A DNA stretch of 64,000 bases from Diadema antillarum (lineage: Eukaryota), in assembly GCF_040938485.1 (NCBI RefSeq), contig NW_027270935.1, forward strand, positions 930,001-994,000. The letters are read 5' to 3'. This document shows positions 13,905-25,700 of this stretch, in pieces. Both the position numbers and the translations under genes were made by a program. Within the stretch, counting starts at the first letter, position 1, and each line of letters begins with the position of its first letter. The notes beneath the pieces are model-generated. The model made no database searches and was not told the origin of the DNA. It worked only from the letters and a program-made list of their open reading frames with translations.

Positions 13905-14218
13905 AATCTACTGGTAGAAAATCAGGAATGCTAATATGTAACAGCATTGATGTAGCTATGTGGGACTAGCACAATTATCTCTATAATCCCTGTGTTTCCA
14001 GTGTGGACTTCATGGTTTGAACTATGGGGTTCTTCTTGTAATTCTTTCTGTAGCACATCGCATATTGTTACATTGAGCAGAATCACTCAAGTTGTGCTGG
14101 TTTTGTCCTCATACTAAATGGCGTCTTAAAATCTGAAACCAGGCTCTTGCCAGGAATCTTGTTTAACAAAAAAAGGAAACAAAATCATTAACTGCCAATC
14201 ATATCCTAAATACATATA

Positions 14219-14382
14219 CTGTAAAACCAGAAATTTCCGCGTGCATGAAACTATCGCGAAAATCGTGAGGAGCCAAGATTTGTGAAATCAAAATGCACAT
14301 GAAAATGTTTGTCTACACAATGCATTGAATACCAGTGGCAATTCATGAAAGTTTCATGCTGTGAATGTTTCTGGTTATACAG
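14219..14382. mobile_element. TA-flanked Tc1/mariner-like MITE, CpG-decayed copy of the 34101 family
   Basis: CTGTAAAACCAGAAAT...GTTTCTGGTTATACAG termini; the interior aligns with 34101-34307. Confidence 0.75.
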
Positions 14383-14460
14383 TCACCTTAAAAAATTAAC
14401 AAATACACCCATGACATTGTACCACTGTCTGCTCTATGTGACCAAACAAATCTCTAATTT

Positions 14461-14462
<2 letters not shown>

Positions 14463-14508
<46 letters not shown>
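14463..14508. repeat. (CT)n microsatellite
   Basis: Direct reading. Confidence 0.95.
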
Positions 14509-14512
<4 letters not shown>

Positions 14513-16633
14513 TATTTTTGGCTTTTGAACATGAACATGAAAACAAAGGCAAAAGGAAATAGAACAAAAACAGGTTCATCTCTCAATCCACATGAGTATG
14601 GCAAAGGTGTTATGATGTAGAGAGTGTTGAATTGTGAAATACACTGGTTGCAGTTCCACCATCACTCATTGAGTGTCAGTGTATCTAAATGGAAAATGAG
14701 ACATAATCATTCCAAGGAAAACATCACCAGAAGCTATCACACATATTTCAAACATGAAGCAGCTGACCAGCAAATGAGTCACTTTCCTGATTTCTACACT
14801 CCGCACCCAAAACTATTCTAAACAAAAAGTAGAAAACAAAAATTGTTCAATACAAAACGATAAATCAATCATTAGATGGATTTAACATAGATTTCTAGAA
14901 TTAATGAATCATCACATAGAACAGATATCATGAAACCTGAATATACAAATATACATAAACTGATGTACAAAAATATCAATGTGACATAAATCCCATCTTG
15001 TCACTTGCACATGTGGAGATGCTGGATTCTTCTGAAGGTTACATTCATGTCTTTCTGAACATAGTACATGAATGAAAGAGAGAGATATATATTTCTGTAG
15101 CCATTGGACATTATTCAACCATACAGGTAAAAAATGAATGAAAACATTTTTTTTTTTAATCCTTGCTTTTCCGGACACTACAGGCAATAAGTGAGTAACA
15201 TGTACACATACAAGATATTACAGCATTCTGGGTCGACAGACCTTGGCTTAACAAAGTAATGTATTCATAACAAACAATGCATTCCATCAAAGGATTCACA
15301 AATAGGTAATGTGGGCTGGTGCCAATAGGGCGGCGGCCATCACTGTCCTTACATTTATCTTGGCAATGTTTGGAATACGATGGAAATGGATGGTACTTTT
15401 CATTCCCTCATGAGGTAATTAAGAGCTAGAGAACCTCGGAAGACTCCAATAAGTTACCTTCCACAAACACAGTCCCAAGGTGTGTGAAGCAGCAGTATTT
15501 GATCTTATCAATGGTCACATGGTATAAGATTCACCAGGCTGGGATTAGAGTGGAAGGCTTGTGGACTCAAGTCTTAACTGCAATCGTCCTTATACATGGT
15601 GGCACTTACAAGCACTTGCTGTCAATGTACCAACGTGTGCTAAAATTGTGAGTGAATTTGCCCGATGTAAACTAAGATTATTATTTGGGCAATTAAACTT
15701 TGGGGGGGGGGGGAGAAGTATTATGATACAAATTATATATATTATCGGCTCAAGTTTGCTAAGAGATCATGAACCAGTAAACATTATTCTCATGGTAGTG
15801 ATGGGGGCATTAGAGTTTTATGAAATATGTGCAATGTTTGAGGGCTAGTCATTTTCCAGTAAGGGCAATTATCTCTTTTTCTTTTTCCTTTTTTTAAAAC
15901 TAATTTGCCTCCTGGGATATCGAATGATCTTTTACTTTATTTCTTCTTTTTTTTTAAAAACCAGTCTGCCATGTAACTTGAAATGATAAATCAACTACTG
16001 ATAAAAATAACAAAGATGAGTTCATATGAAAATGTGTCATAACTGTGTACTGCCTTAGATACCCCTGTTTTACAATGCCAGTATAAAGGCCTCATAGCCA
16101 AAAAGAGGTATGTTTCAGCTGGGGCTGTTATAGCTGTTTACAATTGTCTACAATGGCGTGTCAAATACCCGTGCAACCTTTCTCTCACTGACATAGTATA
16201 CATCATGTTCTAAACATCTCTCTACAGGAGCCTCTGGTTATTAATACACTCAGCACAACTGGAATTTCTGTGTTATGTGGAGATAGTAGGTTTGACTGGG
16301 TAGTACCAAAAAAGAAAAAGAGAGAAAGAAAGAAAGAAAAAATAAAGAAAAAAGTACCATCAGACAAACACTATAACTCTGATTAGCAATCAGTTTCCTA
16401 GATTATGCCAGTGCCAGTACATGTAGTTAATGCTAATTTTTCTTTTTCTTTTTCTGTCTAATGTTGAAATTCTCCATACATAGTGTCCAGAATTTATTAA
16501 CACTATAGAAAAAATTACTATCTTCATCCAGATGAAGCTTTGTCATACTCTTGTTTCAAGTATTTTGTCAGATTGCCCGACAACATTCGAACCTCACAGA
16601 GGTGGGCGGGGACAAGGAAAAGTGAGCCGTGGT

Positions 16634-16799
16634 TCAGTCGTCAATGACGATGGGGTCCACTGGAGGCCGCACCGAGGGCGACTTGGCCATCTGGACTTGC
16701 TGGGACAGGACGCCAGGGTTCAAAGGTCGTACAGCCATGGTCCATGGACGGCGAGCCAGGCGGCGCTGGGCCTGCACACTCAGCTGTTTCCTCAACTTC
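16634..16799 (-). CDS. MTA1: MTA exon 19 (last coding exon)
   Basis: [57 protein letters not shown] stop. Confidence 0.95.
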
Positions 16800-19700
16800 C
16801 TGCTTGAAGAGACAGGAACAAATCCCTGGATTACGCATCCATGAGAAGCTACACAACTCACCAGTATCCACTGCATATTTAAGAGCTGCATACTATAGTT
16901 CAACATCATTTTGAACATGTATGTTCAAAATAATGAACATTTTGGACTCATAATTGATGTATGGACTCATAATTGACACGACACATTGATACATTTCTCT
17001 GCTACACTCATCTTTTGAATTGCAATAGCTTCTCATACCTTGAGAGAATGAACCATGTTTCATGGTGAATTCGCAAAATGTTGAGGTGCAGCATCATTTC
17101 CCCAATCTTGACTGAAAACAACACAAAGACTACATTTTTTGTGTCTGTTTGTTAGGTCTATCATGATATTAGCCGGGTTCACACGTACAAATTAGCGGGA
17201 TGACGATCGCGATGCTCATCCCGAGTTTTTTTGCGAGCGTCCACACGTACCAAATTAGCGGGATAGCGATCGCGATCGGTATCCCGCTAATTTGGCGAGC
17301 GTCCACACGTACCAAATTATCCCGCTAATTGCCGATAGAGATAACAGCAAAGCCTGCAAACTGGGTCACACAGCGCCCTTCTCTATCACTGCCTGCGCGC
17401 ACTTACCTTTGTCCATTGTCTTTTATGCGTCAGTGGTGTGGTTCGCGCGCTGTTGTTGTTGTGCTCCAAAGAGGTGAAGGACCTCTTCGCAGAGGCCTCG
17501 CTGTTGTGATGTGCACATAGCATGATGGGATATAAAAACTCGAGATTCTAATCCCGACCGTTCACACGTACCAGCGCGCGGCCAATTATCCCGCTAATTG
17601 AGGAACCAGCGCAAGATTTCTTGGGATTAGCATCGCGATGCTTATCCCGCTAATTTTCGGGTTTTTTCTGTCCACACGTGCAAAAAACTCGGGATGACGA
17701 TCGCGATGCAAATCTCGAGATTTGTATCCCGCTAATTGGTGTACGTGTGAACCCGGCTAATGTCACTGTATGACAAGAAGTATGCGACAGGTTCGCATCC
17801 CAATCTAATCCCTTCTTTTTCATCTGATATATTTTAATAAAGACTGAACTAAAATTATTAGAGTTATCATAATGGTAGTTCATCACAATTAATGACTATC
17901 GTGCAATTATACTCTTTATCTTCCATGTTTCATTTCCTTTCAACAGAGGATTTGAAACACTTTAAAGAGTGTGAACAGCATACAGGCTGAACTGAACAAG
18001 TAGTGAGAAAACTGCAGTGTACACATGCAAACAAAAGTAAAATGTCTGTATCTGTCACAGCTGTTGGTTAGAGCCATCTTACCTGGTATTAGAATCAGCA
18101 TGGAAGAAAACATCATCAGGAGCATCCATCCAGCTGATGGGACGTTTCTTCCTGGACAGAGGGTCACCCTGCAAGCAGAAAAAAAACCAAACAAACCAAA
18201 TTTCCAAAAAGCGTTTACAAAACTGCACGCCACAACTTTCATCAATGGTATATATGCATTGCTCTATCACAGTAGCTCCTACGATGAAGTCAATGTTGTG
18301 ACAAATAATTCATAACAATAAAACACACTTTAATGAGGGCAATTTCAAGGCACAGAGGTCTTGCACATCTCTTAACTTGGGAATTTTGGTTTTGGAATTT
18401 CTGCATTTCATATAACTCTTAACGAGAGCGACTGCAAAGTGGCTCAATGTTCTTTCTTAGGGAACAAAGTTATGAAACATGAGCTAGCACATATCATCAT
18501 CCTTGATCCTTGATGGGACTAGACTTCTCAAAACACTTTGGTGCTTACACATGTAAAACATCAAGAAAACAGCTCTTCATACAAAGCCTTGGACTGGTAT
18601 GGCTGATATTCCAGCAGAGAATAAAAAAAAGAAAAAAAGAAATCAAACAGTAAATCCAATCAAAACAGTCTACACCAAAGGAAAATTGGAACGACATTAC
18701 CACAGAAGGACAAAACTTAAATGGAAACTTTCACAATCAATTTCTGTGAACTGCTATGCAAATGTCTACTGAAAATATGAAGGCTTGTATGAATTCAGAA
18801 CTTTAAACTTTAAACTGACGGGGAGGATCAAGAGTGGACTAAATTATTCAAAAGAATTTCTGCTGGATGAAGTGCTGATGAAGGAATTGAGTGTGCTCTA
18901 TATGCTTATCCTTCATTTGTTGGTAGAACAACAAAGAAAGAGTCGCACCAACCTGACCCACCTCTCGCAGCTTCCCATCTTCGCCGTATTCACCTGTCAA
19001 AGATCAAACAAGCACAGCATAAGACCTGGTATGCACTCTTGGGAAATCTACTGGGGGTGCTAACTACTCTGAGTGGTCCCGATGAAATCAGATCAAGTAG
19101 AGTTAAAGGGGAAGGCTAGTAACTGATCAGTGGGAATCAGTGGAAATCCTGGGAGATGATTGTTCCAATCCTTATGGGATTCATTCAAGAGTTCATTGTA
19201 TATCTATTGTTGTGTGAAAATGATTTGCTTCAGAATGGTCTCATATTCAAGTAATGTGCAGTTTAATGCTTCCAGGTTAGCGTCCCTGGTCAGTGACGGA
19301 GCATTAATCTGCACATTACTTGAATATGAGACCACTCTGAAGCAAATCATTTTCACACAACAACAGATATACAATGAACTCTTGAATGAATCCCATAAGG
19401 ATGGGAACAATAATCTCCCAGCATTTCCTCTGATTCCCACTGATCAGTTACTAGCCTTCCCCTTTAAGGTATGCAGACAAACCTTCTTTCCTACATGTTC
19501 TTAATAGTAAGCAGAGTTTATACGCATTAGGCCACACAGTTACCCCAACAGAACTTCTTAATAAAATAGCTATCAAAACTCATGACCCGAAATGAAAAGT
19601 ACTGGTAAAAATAGTACTGGACCCCGATAATGCAATACTCTTTATCATCATTATCATTTTACTCATCATACCTAATTTCAACAATTACATTATTGTTAGC

Positions 19701-22700
19701 ATGGATGCATATGTGTACTAGCCTAGTTTTTTTTTTTTTTTTTTCAGCACTATTATATCTCTCTTTAACATGGCGTATAGCAAGTCGTCCCTCTATTAAC
19801 TTTCACTATTTTTTTCTAGTTCCATCCTGTGCAACAACATGACATGTTCAGTCTATCACAACTTTAAAATATATTTTGCAGCATTTTTCAGGTTATACAC
19901 CTACAAATGATTGATATCCTTCAAATGAAAACATTTTAATGACAAATTTCATGCAAAATGAATGCTCCCTATCTTCCTGACACTGACGATGTGCATGCTT
20001 GCAGCTCTCTTTGCTAGAGACAGCAAGCATGCAATCTCACTGCGTTACAAGATAAAATATTCATAAGTTCTATGGCCACCCCAAAATTATCAGAATGCAA
20101 CAATGTAGAAAACAAATGGGGCAAAGAAAAGAAACAAGAGAACTTGATTGACAGAAGACTGTCTTCCAGACATGGACTCACTTCTCCTGTACTGACGAGG
20201 GGCCGTGACAGTGGTGCGCTTTGTCTGGGGTCCAGCTATGTTCCAAGTTAGGAGGCAGAAATATATACATAGGTGACATGTATGAGAAAATCGAATGGAA
20301 TATATTGCTACATCAGAGAATAGGGGGGAAAAAAAAGGCATCTTGAATTCAAACATGTCAGAACATACTAAACCAATAATGAAGCTGTTTAAATGCACAC
20401 AACGTTTCTAATGAGAGTTATCAGTCAGTGTGGAAATAATCAGTATAGTTATGGTAGATGCTAAACAGTAAGATCAATGATATGCCCATACAAGATTAAA
20501 AAAAAAAAGAAAATCACAGGAAGAAAATGTCCACTGCGCAGGTCTATGAGTGATCTGGGATTAGCGAGATCTTGTGCTTTGCTCAGCTATCATTCCAGAA
20601 ATCAAATAAGATACACTATCAGTGCCTTAGCTTGATTATTTTTCTAAATGTTTTCACATCACAGTATCTGTGCTTTGTTCCATAATTCAAACAAACATGC
20701 CACTGTTTTATCACATGGATGAGAGTGCAAATCCTACAGTCTAACTGATTCTACCTTACATGATATAACACTCTACTCCACCTTAGGCCATAAGATGTGT
20801 AAAAAATTATCTTGGATCAAAGACCTGCACGATGACTCTCACAGCAATCAAGATCTATACGCCACTTACCTCCATTGTCTTCAGCAGGTCTCTTTTTGAT
20901 GAGTGTCGGGGCGATTGTTCCCACTGGGTTACTGGGTGTAGGGCGCACATTTCCGTTTGGTGTAGGTCTCTCTGCATACAGAAGGCAACCAAATATCGGC
21001 AGAAGAATGAGTATGATAGAGTTTGGAAATGAAACAAGCAATTAACATAGGTATAACTGATGACTAGCAATATTCTCCTTTTTCAGTGTAATCACTTTCT
21101 CTTTCTTGAGAAGTTTTTGGAAAGAAAAAAAGATGGATACAGGCAACTGATTTTCTACAAGATATCCGTTTTTCTTTACTTTATCACATATAGCATGAAA
21201 TGTAAAAGTAAAACTATGTGCACTGTTTTGTGCATCATATGCTAGTATAGGCTATTTTAGCGATACACAAGTTTCTACACACCAGGGGCAGATTTCTTGG
21301 GCTGTGATGTATCTGATGATGATGCTGAGGTGTCCAGCTTGGACATGACAACGTCCACTCTTGGCCAGACCTTCTTCTTGAGTTTTGGCAGCTTAGGAGG
21401 CACCCCGGCCGCAAGCTGGTTTTGGCCTGAGATGGAAAAAAAAGCAGAATGGAGTTTAAAGTGCACATCAATGTCTGGAAAATAAACAATCAATCATTAC
21501 AAAGAATTGACACAAGATATACTTTTTTTGTATTGACCAATACACGAGTTATTAGGCAATGACATAAAGACCTCATTAAGTTTTCATATGTCAAAATGGC
21601 AGATATTACTGTTCCAAATCTCTTATCAAAATTTCTTTTTTTACCTCCACCAAGGAAGGAGGAGGTTAAATGATCATCGGTATTGGTTTGTCTGTTTGCA
21701 AAATAACTCAAAAAGTTGTGAACAGATTTGAAGGAAACTTGCAGGAAAACTTGATAATGACACATGGAAGAGATTATTAAATTTTGGTAGGGATCCGGGA
21801 ATTTTAATGGATTTTTGAAGGATTTTTTTATCTTTTTGCAGATAAGGTCAATGAAGCTGGGAGTTCAAGTTGCATGTATTTGAGGTTTGCATACGCGCTC
21901 TTTAAAGCGCATTCTCTGCTCAGGCAAGGCGCCGCATAGCTGCAAGCTGATGACGTAAACAAAAGACTTCTATTACTAGTACAATTGTATTGGGAAATTG
22001 GGCGATTTTCAGCATGCATGTATAATAAAAATTGGGTGGAAGGTCTGCTCTCTATATGAGTGTTCTTCTAGTTTTAATAATTTGTTTGACATCACTGTTA
22101 TTTATCAAAGTCAACTTAAGCTTGGTTCAGACTTCGCCCTTTACACTGGAAGACTTGGCAAGGACTTACATTCCTGTTTGACAGCAGCGACGTTGATGGG
22201 GTCAAAGGGTGACCTGGCAACATGAGGTAGGTTGAGCATGCTGGTGCACAGGAACCGAGAGAGGCGTGTGAGGGGTGTGGTGACCAGCATGAAGGCCTGC
22301 CTTGTCTTCAGGCTCAGGGCTCTGGGGTTGCTGGTCCGGATGGTCAGCCCATGCACCGTCTGGCAGTGGCGAGCCAGGTGTGCCTTCAGCTTGAATTCCT
22401 GTCACATGTTCAAAATTTTGTGGCATGTGATAACAAAACATAACGAAACTTCTTTGCATTCACCTTGGAATCAATGTGGTGCATAGATTGAAGGCTTACA
22501 ATGATCATTCAGTCATTCAGCCATTCAGCTGAAGTTCCTATCATGCTATAGCCATTTTTGGAATATTATCAGAGTAAATGAAATATCACATGATTTAGGG
22601 AAGTCTAAAGTTACAATATGTACATGCTGATTTTATGAAGCAACTGCTGAAATTTGGTGCTGTGAAAAAAAAAGGAAACAGGGCCTTTTGACAATCATGC

Positions 22701-25700
22701 TTAATATGCCTTCAATTACCATACAGTATCCTAAGGGTACAACCATAGCCAACATTCACTATAAAATGTCAAAATATGATTTTCCCTGTATTTACACATG
22801 GATACATCGACTTCTGAAAATTAAATAAAAGTTACATTTGAATTCGGCATTTCAGAAGCTGACCAAAACCTTTGACCCTGACTTTTACCAGATTTTGTCC
22901 CATACCTGATCACTTAACTGTCCTCTAGAGCTTGAAAATATGTTGAGTCTGATGAACCAACCAATGCAACATCACTGTGCGATCATTGACAATGTGGAAA
23001 TTGAACCAACATTCAACCCTCAAATGGGAAAAATATTTATTCATTTAATAAGTATGATAAATATTGTCTGACTATGCAATGTGTTCCAAATCTCAAACAG
23101 AGACTGTAACTTTGCGCTGTCACTCACCTTGCCACATCCACTGATTGTGCAGCAGAATGGACGATGCATGCCTGACAGGGGCATGGGAGGGCGCTCTGTA
23201 CGGTTCCTCAGGTTGCCAGGACGTTCTCCGTCTGGGCAGTGGTAGGCATAGCATGATAACATTCTGATAACTATTCCAGCATTTACATCAACATCTCCAC
23301 AGTATACACATCAAAAATATAGAAGAACTATTTACTTCACACAAGTGTAATGGAGCAAAATATACAAAACAAAGCAGACCTTTAAGATGTCCCATTGTTC
23401 CAGAAAACAGGTTCAATTCAGTACAACTTTTGAATCAACTTCTGTTTGACACTAAAGTAATCACTGACAATATGCGAATGAAAAGCCAAGTATGGTAATT
23501 AAAAACTGATATTCAAATCAAACTGCTACACAAATGCACACTAAAGAGTAGTCATGTCAGTAGCCTTTCCACGTGCAAACGTTATATAAGTGACATTAGC
23601 AATTGTCATTTGATCATCACTGTTAAAGAATGACAATGAAATTCTCACCAAGTCTTGTAGGCATTTTCAAACCACCACATTTTTTCCAGTAAACCCAACA
23701 TGTGGCGCAAAGTCGGCACTGCATGTTAGCTGGACCCCAGGAGTACCACTGGTAAGAGGTGCTTGCTGTGTGTATAACATAAAAAACATTTTGTCAACTT
23801 ATATATGTATGATAATGGATTCATGAATCATTACACTCTGATGGCATTCAAGGTGGTCTACAAGGGGTTTGAGCATGTCACTGCAACATACTTGAATTCT
23901 TGTGCAATATCCTCAAAAGCCAGCAATATGCTATGCAACATCCGCAAGAATTGGCGACATGTTTGAAATAAAATGTAATCAAACATGTTCAAAACTTGAG
24001 AAACATTAGACTACCATCGATACCTATAAGATTTGTGTGCCAAACATGAGATAGAACATCAAATGTAAGCAGCATATACTACCCCCTAGGGAAATAAAAT
24101 ATGAAATATTGCAGGCTACGTGCTCGTGATACGCACTCCACGCACATACAATTCCACGATATTCTCACATTTAGAGCTTGCAATATGCTCAAATTTCAAT
24201 GCATGACTAGTACAAAGATAATTTTTTTTTCCCTCACAAAATGAAAGTGCAATTTGACGCATATCATGATGTGAAAATAATGCTTTCATACTATACTATG
24301 AAGAAAAGACAAAGCCCACTTTCTAATTTCTGCTCAAAGTGAATTTGCTTACCAGTACATCTACACTGAGCCATTGATGTCAGTAATTTATTATCTTAAC
24401 ACAAATGGAACAATCTCGAACAAATGTACATACTTGTATACACGATAGCATCTTTTACTAACAGGGGATGTCATTCAAATCTATAGTCCAGACACTTTGC
24501 AACAGTTTGCAAACATTTATATAAGGGCAGTACTAACACATTCAGTATCATTTCAAACAAAGGTAAAAAAAATGATGAAAAAACTAGATATATCGCTACG
24601 GCTACTGATATGCCTCCGCCATAATGCATGGTTCTCCTAATAGGTCTATAGTACAATGTCTTGACAATGTGTGATGACAGTTTCACACAATTGGCAAAAT
24701 ATTAAAATGACAGGTTTGACACAAATGTGCTGAATGTTCACTTTCCTAGAACTAGGTTCAATTGGATGAATGATTAAAATGTAAGAGTGCAGGTATTTGG
24801 GGAATTGATGATTTTTACTTGACTTTTGACCCTTTTATAAGTTTATGCATTGAGTAATTTTCAAGGTATTGAGAAAAAGTATAATTTCAGTATCAAATGG
24901 GAAAATAGCATTATCTAAACCTGGTCTTTGACCTTTGACCTCACAGTTCCAAAGAGAATCACTGTTAGGTTGAACATGCATAAATATGTAAGTTTCATGA
25001 TGATACCTTGAGTTACTTTCGAGATATGGAGGAAAAAGTGCAATTTAGCACTTTCACTTGACCTTTTACCTTTTGACCTTTGACCTTTAGGCAAGAAACT
25101 TCCCCAAAAATATATATTGGGTAATACATGCCATACATCAAGTTAAAAAAAAACAAAACCTTCCGGCATATTGCATTTTAAGGAAAGTAGTGATATTTTG
25201 AGGAGTTGACCTCGACCTTTGACCCCATGACCTTTGACCCATGACCCCCAACTTCCCTAGGTAATCACTGCCCATCGGTACAAGCATATATACTAAGTTC
25301 CATGAAGATACCTTGAACCATTTGCGAGATATGGAGAAAAACATGAAATTTCTTTTTTTTTTTCACAAAATAACCTGTGACCTTTGACCTTTGACCCTGT
25401 GACCCTAAAATCCACACAAAGTATTATCCCCCAAGGATATACCCTCATACCAAGTTTGATGTAAAACCACCACACGGTTCTTGAGATATCGACAAAAACA
25501 AAACGGGACGGACGGACGTACGGACGGACGGACGGACGACCCGAAAACATAATGCCTCCGGCCACTTCGTTGCGGAGGCATAAAAAAGCATTTCCATTTC
25601 AACAGAAAGACTTGACTAATCCTGAAGCTCTGTAAATTTTTTTCATACATTCAAGAACCCCAATTCTGCACAGAAGACATAGCATTGGCAAGGAACTCAC

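Noticed and set aside
17172-17757. CRISPR-like repeat/spacer array
   Set aside because: The repeats are irregularly spaced, occur in both orientations and lie inside TIRs in a eukaryotic intron; there are no cas genes.
17771-17805. tRNA or SINE B-box-like GGTTCGCATCCC
   Set aside because: There is no A box and no cloverleaf structure upstream.
19160-19504. Mirror-image ORFs on both strands
   Set aside because: They result from the foldback element, not from coding sequence.
19992-20033. 42-nt hairpin (TGCATGCTTGC...GCAAGCATGCA) as a pre-miRNA
   Set aside because: It is too short and has no other support; it is likely a chance or decayed palindrome.
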